DNA from: Oscillospiraceae bacterium
GTDB lineage: Bacteria > Bacillota > Clostridia > Oscillospirales > Oscillospiraceae
Assembly: GCA_031255955.1 (NCBI GenBank)
Contig: JAIRRO010000117.1
Location: forward strand, 1-44,712
Reading direction: 5' to 3'
Length of the DNA stretch: 44,712 bases
Below, in pieces: positions 18,816 through 26,168 of this stretch. A model generated the notes under the pieces. The model saw only the letters and a program-made list of their open reading frames with translations. It had not been told where the DNA came from and made no database searches. Position numbers and translations under genes: made by a program. Within the stretch, counting starts at the first letter, position 1. Each line of letters begins with the position of its first letter.

Positions 18816-19574
18816 ATGATTACGAAGCGCATAATACCGTGCCTTGACGTGCGTGCCGGAAGAGTGGTCAAGGGCGTTAATTTTAAGGCTCTCGGCGACG
18901 TCGCCTCTCCCGTTGAGCTTGCGCGGGAATATTCCGACGGCGGCGCGGACGAGCTTGTCTTCTATGATATCACCGCCTCGCACGAGGATCGCGGGATTTT
19001 CACGGATATTCTCACGGAAGCCGCGAAAAACGTGTTTATCCCCCTCACAGTCGGCGGCGGGATTTCAAGTCTTGACGACTTTGACCGCGTCTTAAAATGC
19101 GGCGCGGACAAGGTAAGCGTCAACTCCGGCGCGGTGAAAAACCCTGAATTGATTCGCGACGCCGCGCGTGTGTACGGGAATCAATGCGTCGTCCTGTCTG
19201 TCGATGTCAAGCGCGTCGGCGGGGCGTTTCACGTGTTTCTAAACGGCGGGCGGATTGATACGGGTCTTGACGCGCTTGAATGGATACGGTGCGGTGAGGA
19301 CGGCGGCGCGGGTGAGCTTGTTATCAACTCTATGGATACGGACGGCGTAAAAGGCGGCTTTGATTTAGAGCTGCTTGCCGCCGTGTGTGAGGTCACGGGG
19401 CTGCCTGTTATTGCCTCCGGCGGCGCGGGCAGCGCTAAGGATTTTGTCACGCTGTTTCGATCACTGCCGCGCGTAGACGCAGGACTTGCCGCCTCAATAT
19501 TCCACTTTGGCGAGATATCGGTGCGCGAGTTAAAGAGCGTTCTGGCGGAAAACGATATAACAGTTAGACTGTAA
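18816..19574 (+). CDS. hisF: Imidazole glycerol phosphate synthase cyclase subunit HisF
   Basis: Contains KRIIPCLDV, ADELVFYDITAS, VGGGI and ASGGAG. Confidence 0.92.
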   Translation: MITKRIIPCLDVRAGRVVKGVNFKALGDVASPVELAREYSDGGADELVFYDITASHEDRGIFTDILTEAAKNVFIPLTVGGGISSLDDFDRVLKCGADKVSVNSGAVKNPELIRDAARVYGNQCVVLSVDVKRVGGAFHVFLNGGRIDTGLDALEWIRCGEDGGAGELVINSMDTDGVKGGFDLELLAAVCEVTGLPVIASGGAGSAKDFVTLFRSLPRVDAGLAASIFHFGEISVRELKSVLAENDITVRL

Positions 19575-19581
19575 AGGACGG

Positions 19582-20253
19582 ATGACGATGCTTGATATAA
19601 ACGAACTGAAATTCGGCGCGGACGGACTGATACCCGCCGCCGTGACGGACTGCGAAAGCGGCAAGCTTTTAACGCTTGCGTATATGAACCGCGAGAGCCT
19701 TCAACTGACCATCGCGGAGGGGCGCACGGTGTTTTGGTCGCGCTCACGCGGGGAAATATGGCGCAAGGGCGAGACGAGCGGGAATGTGCAGCATGTGGTG
19801 GCTATCCGCGCGGATTGCGACCGCGACGCTTTGGAGATATCTGTTGTTAAGGACGGTCCGGCTTGCCACACGGGCGCGGATTCCTGCTTTTATGACACGC
19901 TTTTTGAAAGCGCGGAGCGCCCTGCCGCGCCGGGCGACGCCGCCTTTTCCCTCTCCGCGCTGTATGATCTGCTCCGCGAGCGGCAGGATAATCCGCGCGA
20001 GGGCAGCTATACCAGCTATTTATTTGAAAAAGGCGTCGATAAAATCCTGAAAAAAATCGGCGAGGAAACAGCCGAGGTGATAATCGCCGGCAAGGACGGC
20101 GACAAGCGCGAAACGATTTATGAGCTGGCGGATTTAGCCTACCATTGCCTTGTGCTGATGACAAATGCGGGCATTGCGCCGGACGACGTGCTGCGCGAGC
20201 TTGCCTCACGCCACGTCGTGGATAAAAAAATCAAGCAGGAGAAGCCGATATGA
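19582..20253 (+). CDS. hisI: Bifunctional phosphoribosyl-AMP cyclohydrolase / phosphoribosyl-ATP pyrophosphatase HisIE
   Basis: HisI part (WSRSRGEIWRKGETSGN, DCDRDAL) followed by HisE part (SYTSYLFEKGVDKILKKIGEE). Confidence 0.9.
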   Translation: MTMLDINELKFGADGLIPAAVTDCESGKLLTLAYMNRESLQLTIAEGRTVFWSRSRGEIWRKGETSGNVQHVVAIRADCDRDALEISVVKDGPACHTGADSCFYDTLFESAERPAAPGDAAFSLSALYDLLRERQDNPREGSYTSYLFEKGVDKILKKIGEETAEVIIAGKDGDKRETIYELADLAYHCLVLMTNAGIAPDDVLRELASRHVVDKKIKQEKPI

Positions 20254-21068
20254 CGGGACTCTGCGAGCTTCACGCGCACACAAGCTATTGCGACGGCGCG
20301 AACACCTGCGAGGAAATGACACTTGCCGCGATTGACGCCGGGTTGGAGAGCTTCGGCATCTCTGAGCATTCGCACACAACAGTTCCGCAGGACACGGGGA
20401 ACTTGACGGCGGAATCGCTTCCGCTTTATCGCGCGGAGATGCGCGCCCTGCGGGAAAAATATGCCGGAAAAATCACGTTGCTTGCCGGTATCGAGCTGGA
20501 TTTGCTCGGCGACACTCCGACGGACGGCTTTGACTATGTAATCGGCTCTACGCATTTTGTTTGCGCGGGCGGCGAATATCGCTTCGTTGACGACGACTCC
20601 AAGGGGCAGCTTGAAACGGCGCAGCGCTTGTTCGGCGGTGATTTTTATGCCTTCGCGGAGGCGTATTACACAGAGGAATCCACCGTCGCGCGCGTCACAG
20701 GCTGCGATATCATCGGTCATTTTGACCTCATCGCCAAGAATAACGAGGACGATTGCTTTTTCGATTCCTCGCATCCGCGCTACCGCGCCGCCGCCATCGA
20801 CGCGATGACAGAAATCCTTAAAACACAGCGGCTTTTTGAGGTGAACACGGGCGCGATGTTCAGGCGCGGCAGAAGCGAGCAATATCCTCAGACGTGGCTC
20901 CTGCGCGAGCTTCTGGCGCGTGGCGGCGAGGTCATTCTCTCAGGCGACGCGCATACGACAGCCGCGATAGCGTATAAATTCCGCGAGATGGAGGAGCTTT
21001 TGCGCTCTGTCGGCTTTCGGCACAGAAAAATCCTGACAGCGGACGGGTTTCGGGACATCGCGCTTTGA
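20250..21068 (+). CDS. Histidinol-phosphatase, PHP family
   Basis: PHP-domain motifs (ELHAHTSYCDGA, ISEHS, GHFD) and its position at the end of the his genes. Confidence 0.8.
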   Translation: MTGLCELHAHTSYCDGANTCEEMTLAAIDAGLESFGISEHSHTTVPQDTGNLTAESLPLYRAEMRALREKYAGKITLLAGIELDLLGDTPTDGFDYVIGSTHFVCAGGEYRFVDDDSKGQLETAQRLFGGDFYAFAEAYYTEESTVARVTGCDIIGHFDLIAKNNEDDCFFDSSHPRYRAAAIDAMTEILKTQRLFEVNTGAMFRRGRSEQYPQTWLLRELLARGGEVILSGDAHTTAAIAYKFREMEELLRSVGFRHRKILTADGFRDIAL

Positions 21069-21079
21069 TTTTATGCTCA

Positions 21080-21102
21080 TAAATCGCGCCGCTCGCGCGA
21101 TT
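21080..21102 (+). terminator. Possible terminator after the his genes
   Basis: 9-bp stem aaatcgcgc/gcgcgattt with a 5-nt loop. The U-tract is short and partly inside the stem. Confidence 0.35.
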
Positions 21103-21150
21103 TCACAATAAAAAATATCATTGCCGCGGGGCGGCGGAACGGAATTTATT

Positions 21151-22320
21151 ATGGACTATGCAACGCAATCACTTAAACTGCATTACGAATGGGCGGGGAA
21201 GCTCTCGATACAGCCTAAGATGGCTATTGACACGCGGGAGGCTTTATCACTTGCCTACACGCCGGGCGTCGCCGCTCCGTGTCTTGAGATTGCCCGCGAC
21301 GCTTCAAAGAGCTATGAGCTGACGGGGCGCGGGAACACCGTCGCCGTCGTCACGGACGGCACCGCCGTGTTGGGTCTCGGCGATATCGGTCCTGAGGCTG
21401 CGATGCCCGTGATGGAGGGCAAGTGCGCACTTTTCAAGGCCTTCGGCGGTGTTGACGCCGTTCCGCTTTGTATTCGCAGCCGTGACGTAAATGAAATCGT
21501 AGACACGGTTGCGCGGCTTGCAGGCTCGTTCGGCGGGATAAATCTTGAGGATATTTCCGCGCCGCGCTGCTTTGAGATAGAGCGACGGCTTAAAGAGTGC
21601 TGCGATATCCCGATTTTCCACGACGACCAGCACGGCACAGCCGTTGTTGTCGCCGCCGCGCTGCTTGGCGCGCTTGAGGTGACAAATCGCCGCGCCGATT
21701 CGATTCGCGTCGTGATAAACGGCTCCGGCGCCGCCGGTATCGCCATCGCCCGGATGCTATTGCTGCTGGGCGCGCGGGATATAATACTCTGTGACCGCTC
21801 AGGCGCCGTTTACGCCGGGCGCGCGGGGCAAAACCCCTCAAAGGATGAAATCGCCGCAATCACAAATCCCGGGCGTGTGTCGGGCTCTCTCGCGGACGCC
21901 CTGCGCGGCGCGGATGTGTTCGTCGGGGTGTCCGCTCCGGGCGCGCTTACGCCCGATATGCTGCGCTCAATGGCAACTGAGCCTATCGTCTTCCCGATGG
22001 CAAATCCCACGCCGGAGATATTCCCGGAGGATGCTATCGGCGCGGGCGCCGCTGTGGTCGGCACGGGGCGCAGCGATTTCCCGAATCAAATCAATAATGT
22101 GTTGGCTTTCCCCGGTATTTTTCGCGGCGCGCTCGACGCCCGCGCCTCGGACATCAATGACGGGATGAAGCTCGCAGCCGCGCGCGCGCTGCACGCCCTT
22201 ACGCGTGAGCGACTGTCGCCGGGGTATGTGATACCGGAGCCGTTTGATAACCGCGTCGTTCCCGCCGTCGCCTCCGCTGTCGCCGCCGCGGCGCGGGAAA
22301 CGGGCGTCGCCGGGATATAA
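21151..22320 (+). CDS. NAD(P)-dependent malic enzyme (short form, no PTA domain)
   Basis: Contains LSLAYTPGVA, VVTDGTAVLGLGDIG, FGGINLEDI and NGSGAAGIA. The start is set at ATG 21151 (MDYATQSLKLHYEW); the track uses TTG 21121. Confidence 0.88.
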   Translation: MDYATQSLKLHYEWAGKLSIQPKMAIDTREALSLAYTPGVAAPCLEIARDASKSYELTGRGNTVAVVTDGTAVLGLGDIGPEAAMPVMEGKCALFKAFGGVDAVPLCIRSRDVNEIVDTVARLAGSFGGINLEDISAPRCFEIERRLKECCDIPIFHDDQHGTAVVVAAALLGALEVTNRRADSIRVVINGSGAAGIAIARMLLLLGARDIILCDRSGAVYAGRAGQNPSKDEIAAITNPGRVSGSLADALRGADVFVGVSAPGALTPDMLRSMATEPIVFPMANPTPEIFPEDAIGAGAAVVGTGRSDFPNQINNVLAFPGIFRGALDARASDINDGMKLAAARALHALTRERLSPGYVIPEPFDNRVVPAVASAVAAAARETGVAGI

Positions 22321-22367
22321 ATCTATAAATCTATAAATCAAGCTCGGTTGAAGGGAGGACACACAAA

Positions 22368-24668
22368 ATGATTGAAAGACTGAATTTAAGCAAGCTGCAG
22401 GCGGAGGAAATAACCTCCCTCTCCGCATCGTGCGTCGCCGGAGCGCCGCCACCCTGCGCGCGTAAATGTCCCTTCGGATTAGATGTTCGCTCCTTCACCG
22501 CACGCGCGGAAAAGGGGCGGTGGCAGGTGGCGTATAAATCCTTTCGCGACGCCGTCGTGTTCCCGGAGCTGGTTTCGCGCCTGTGTCCCGCGCCCTGCGC
22601 GGGGGCGTGTTCCCGCAGTGACGTCGGCGGAGCTATCGATCTGCCGGGTCTTGAGCGCGCCGTGACGGCGCTTGCGACCGATAAGCGCCGCGACAGCTAT
22701 GCCATTCCGCGCAAGGCGGGCAGCGTCGCCGTGGTCGGCGCGGGCGCCGCCGGCTTGTCCGCTGCGCTGTCTCTTGCCGTTAAGCGCTGCGGTGTGACTG
22801 TTTTCGAGCGCGGTGCGGCTTGGGGCGGCGCTCTGCGCGCTTTGCCCGATTTTGATGTATTCGACGCGGAATTTTCGGCGGGCTTTTTATCTCTGGATGT
22901 GAATTTTCGGTTTAATAGTGAAATTCACGCCCTGTCGGAGCTTTCGGAATTTGACGCCGTCTATCTCGCGACGGGCGACGGCGGGGAGAGCTTCGGTCTG
23001 TTTGATAGCTTTGATTCCACACTGCTGACAACAGCCCAGCCGCGTGTTTTCCTCGGCGGCGGGCTTGTCGGCGCCGAGCTTATGACGGCGATAGCCCACG
23101 GGCGGCTTGTCGCGCGCTCTGTGGAGACGTTTTTTCAAATCGGGCGGGCAACCGCTGCGGCGGACGCCTCCGTCTGCTCGTGGACGCCGGATACAACTGA
23201 TATCGCGCCCGTGCAGAGGCTTGTCCCCTCGGACGGCTCCGGTGTTTTCACCGACAGTGAGGCACGAGCCGAGGCTGCGCGCTGCTTGAAATGCGATTGC
23301 GATATTTGTCTTCAGGGCTGCGAGATGCTGCGGCGTTTTCATAAGCTCCCGATGAAAATTGCTTCAGAGGTGTATACGGACATCGGCGCCAATCCGCCGT
23401 ATTCCTCTCACACCATCACGCGCGAGGCTTATTCCTGCAGCAACTGCGGATATTGCAAGCGCCGATGCCCCGAATCCATCGATGTCGGCGAGCTGCTGCG
23501 CGTATCGCGCCGCGCGCGTGTAGAGGGCGGCTCCGCCCCGCCCGCGTTGCACGATTATTGGCTGCGTGAGATGGATTTTTCGTCGTCTGATGCTTTTACC
23601 GTTTTGCCGCCACGCGGTAAAACCACCGCTGAATATGTGTTTTTTCCGGGGTGTCAGCTCGGAGCTTACAATCCGGATTATGTGACGCGCTCCTTCGCCG
23701 CATTGCAAAACGTCTTTGATGTCGGGCTGTTTCTCGGCTGCTGCGGCGCTCCTGCATACTGGGCGGGCGACGATACTCGGCTTATCGCCAATTCGGAAAA
23801 AATTCGCGAGGCTTGGCGCTTGCTCGGGGAGCCGAAATTCATATTTGCCTGCTCGACCTGCGCGTCGCTTTTCGCGGAGCTGTTCCCGGAGATTGAAGGC
23901 GTTTCGCTCTATCCGCTGCTGGCGGAATCCGTCGCTTACGATACCGGCGGCACTACGGCGCCCTTCGGCGCAGCCTCCGTTTTTGACCCCTGCTCCGCGG
24001 CGGAGGACGAAGCGGCGCGCGCCGCCGTGAGAACGCTCGCCTCCGGTCGCGGCGCCGCGCTGACAGAGCTTGAGGAATCCGGCAAGTGCTGCGGCTATGG
24101 CGGGCATATTCGTCTCGCGAATCCCTCGCTGTACGAAGAAATTACGTCGGGACGTGTCGCCGTCGGCGAGCTGCCGTATATCGTCTATTGCGTAAACTGT
24201 CTTGCCGTATTCTCCGAGCGCGGCAAAAAATGCGCGCATATTTTGGATGTCGCCTTCGGCTTGAAAAATTCCATAGGTCAAGGCGGCGCCGGTATGCCCG
24301 ATATCGATACGCGGCGGAAAAATTCTTTGGAGGTGAAGCGCCTGATGGTGCGTGAGCTTGGAGCGGACGGCTCTGATTTTATTCCGGAGCGAGATCCGTG
24401 GGACGACATCGAACTGATAATTGACCCCGAAACGGCGGAGCGTGTTGACCGCAAGCTCATTTCGTTATCCGACATTCGCGAGGCGCTGTATTTGGCGCGG
24501 GAGAGCGGCGGCTTCTTCACCGCCTCTGACGGCACGCGGCAATGCTCTATGCTGCGCACCGCGCTTGTGTATTGGGTGCATTATCGTGAGCCGCGCGAGG
24601 GTGTTTATGAAATTCTTGACGCGTATTATCACAGAATGAAGTTTTCGGAGGGCGAAGCCGATGAGTGA
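22368..24668 (+). CDS. Multidomain oxidoreductase: GltD-like Fe-S N-terminus, NAD(P)/FAD Rossmann domain, 2x[4Fe-4S] ferredoxin domain, two CCG (HdrB/GlpC-like) Cys-rich domains and a C-terminal domain of unknown function
   Basis: Motifs include CARKCPFGLDV and CPAPCAGAC, VAVVGAGAAGLSAA, CLKCDCDICLQGC and CSNCGYCKRRCPE, FFPGCQL...LGCCGAP, and FDPCSA...GKCCGYGG. RBS GGGAGG lies upstream. Confidence 0.75.
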   Translation: MIERLNLSKLQAEEITSLSASCVAGAPPPCARKCPFGLDVRSFTARAEKGRWQVAYKSFRDAVVFPELVSRLCPAPCAGACSRSDVGGAIDLPGLERAVTALATDKRRDSYAIPRKAGSVAVVGAGAAGLSAALSLAVKRCGVTVFERGAAWGGALRALPDFDVFDAEFSAGFLSLDVNFRFNSEIHALSELSEFDAVYLATGDGGESFGLFDSFDSTLLTTAQPRVFLGGGLVGAELMTAIAHGRLVARSVETFFQIGRATAAADASVCSWTPDTTDIAPVQRLVPSDGSGVFTDSEARAEAARCLKCDCDICLQGCEMLRRFHKLPMKIASEVYTDIGANPPYSSHTITREAYSCSNCGYCKRRCPESIDVGELLRVSRRARVEGGSAPPALHDYWLREMDFSSSDAFTVLPPRGKTTAEYVFFPGCQLGAYNPDYVTRSFAALQNVFDVGLFLGCCGAPAYWAGDDTRLIANSEKIREAWRLLGEPKFIFACSTCASLFAELFPEIEGVSLYPLLAESVAYDTGGTTAPFGAASVFDPCSAAEDEAARAAVRTLASGRGAALTELEESGKCCGYGGHIRLANPSLYEEITSGRVAVGELPYIVYCVNCLAVFSERGKKCAHILDVAFGLKNSIGQGGAGMPDIDTRRKNSLEVKRLMVRELGADGSDFIPERDPWDDIELIIDPETAERVDRKLISLSDIREALYLARESGGFFTASDGTRQCSMLRTALVYWVHYREPREGVYEILDAYYHRMKFSEGEADE

Positions 24669-24861
24669 GAGCAACGAGCTTTTATGGCGGTGCGGAAGGT
24701 GCGACGAGGCGCTTGAGAAGAAAAAAACCGTGTTTTCATATCTCGGCAGGTCGTTCACGCACGAGGTTGATGTATGCCCGAAATGCGGCGCGGTGTTGAT
24801 TCCCCGCGAGCTGGCGGAGGGGCGTATGGCGGAGGTTGAGGAGCAGCTGGAGGATAAATAA
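24661..24861 (+). CDS. 66-aa four-cysteine zinc-ribbon/rubredoxin-like protein (DVU_1557-family-like, from memory)
   Basis: Contains CGRC ... 31 residues ... CPKC with an acidic C-terminus. The start overlaps the upstream stop by 8 nt, and its stop overlaps the radical SAM start by 1 nt (TAATG). Confidence 0.6.
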   Translation: MSESNELLWRCGRCDEALEKKKTVFSYLGRSFTHEVDVCPKCGAVLIPRELAEGRMAEVEEQLEDK

Positions 24862-26168
24862 TGAAGCTTGGCAAAACTGAAAGCGTCTGCCCCGTGTGTC
24901 TGCGGCGCATTCCAGCGGAGCGCGTTGCGCGCGGGGGCGATGTGTTCCTTGAAAAATCCTGCCCCGAACATGGCGCGTTTTCCGTTATCGTCTGGCGCGG
25001 CGGACTCGGCGAGGAATTTGACAAATGGAGAAGCTACACCCCGCCGGACGGCGACAATGGCAGCAAGTGTCCCACCGGCTGCGGACTGTGCGCGGGGCAT
25101 TTGAATAAAACCTGCTGCGCCTTGGTTGAGATAACGCGCCGCTGTAATCTGCGCTGCCCTGTCTGCTTCGCGAACGGCGGCACGGACGCGCCGGAGCCGA
25201 GTGTAGCTGAGTTATATAAGATTTTCAAAAAGCTCGCCGCCGCCGGGAACACATTTGTCCAGCTATCCGGCGGGGAACCGACGGTCAGGGACGACCTTCC
25301 CGAAATAGTAGCGGCGGCGCGGCGGGCGGGCTGCGACACCGTGCAGCTGAATTCCAACGGAATAAGACTTGGCAGCGACCCGGATTTCACCGCCGCGCTT
25401 GCCGACGCGGGATTGTCGTTTGTGTTTATGCAGTTTGATGGTATGTCCGATAATTCGTATATATATCTACGAGATTCTCAGCTTATAACCGAAAAAATTA
25501 AAGCCATCGACATATGTTCCCGGTTTAATTTGGGCGTTACGCTTGTTCCGACGCTTGTGCCGCGGGTGAATATCAAGGAAATCGGGGATATAATAGACTT
25601 CGCCGTCAGCCGCTCACCCGCCGTGCGCGGCGTGCATTTTCAACCCGTTTCATATTTCGGGCGCTATCCCTTCCCGCCCGCCGATGACGACAGGATCACG
25701 CTGCCGGAGGTTTTGCAGCAAATCGAGATCCAAACAGGCGGGAAATTCAAGCTGCGCGATTTCAACCCCTCATCGTGCGACCACCCCTGCTGCGGCTTTC
25801 ACGGTGATTTTGTCGTCCTGCCGCGCGGCAGAATAATGAAGCTGACAAAAAAATATAATCCCGACGCCTGCTGCGCCGACGACTCGCACCTGAAAAACCG
25901 CGCCTTTGTTGCCCGACGCTGGACGCGTCCGGCTAATGACACAAGCGCCGCCGCGCCTACCGATGAAAAATCCGACTACCGCGATATGTCAACCTTTTTA
26001 TCGCGCGTTAAGTCCCACGGCTTCACCATCTCCGCGATGGCGTTTCAGGACGCGTGGACGCTTGACCTTGAGCGCCTGCGCCGCTGCAGCCTGCACGTCT
26101 CTGACGGCGCGCGCGTCGTTCCGTTCTGCGCGCGCTATGTCACAGGCTCCGCGCCTATCCAATTATGA
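24861..26168 (+). CDS. Radical SAM enzyme with N-terminal zinc-ribbon (TrsS-like, from memory)
   Basis: The CxxxCxxC motif is in RRCNLRCPVCFANGG, followed by QLSGGEPT. The N-terminus has CPVCLRRIPAE...CPEHG and the C-terminal region has SSCDHPCCGFHGDF. Confidence 0.85.
   Translation: MKLGKTESVCPVCLRRIPAERVARGGDVFLEKSCPEHGAFSVIVWRGGLGEEFDKWRSYTPPDGDNGSKCPTGCGLCAGHLNKTCCALVEITRRCNLRCPVCFANGGTDAPEPSVAELYKIFKKLAAAGNTFVQLSGGEPTVRDDLPEIVAAARRAGCDTVQLNSNGIRLGSDPDFTAALADAGLSFVFMQFDGMSDNSYIYLRDSQLITEKIKAIDICSRFNLGVTLVPTLVPRVNIKEIGDIIDFAVSRSPAVRGVHFQPVSYFGRYPFPPADDDRITLPEVLQQIEIQTGGKFKLRDFNPSSCDHPCCGFHGDFVVLPRGRIMKLTKKYNPDACCADDSHLKNRAFVARRWTRPANDTSAAAPTDEKSDYRDMSTFLSRVKSHGFTISAMAFQDAWTLDLERLRRCSLHVSDGARVVPFCARYVTGSAPIQL

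Noticed and set aside
21121-21150. TTG start at 21121 for malic enzyme (MPRGGGTEFI...).
   Set aside because: Homologous malic enzymes begin near the ...LKLHYEWAGK segment. ATG 21151 gives a conventional N-terminus, and the extension is Gly/Arg-rich and likely non-coding.
23364-24281. 305-aa minus-strand ORF inside the cassette.
   Set aside because: It is antisense to the 766-aa oxidoreductase gene. It is Arg/Ala/Gly-rich with no motifs, and the plus-strand frame carries clear Fe-S and CCG motifs.
24861-26168. Looked for selenocysteine recoding (in-frame TGA plus downstream hairpin) in the TrsS-like radical SAM gene.
   Set aside because: The ORF is uninterrupted and the candidate positions are Cys (CDHPCC), so this copy is the Cys form.
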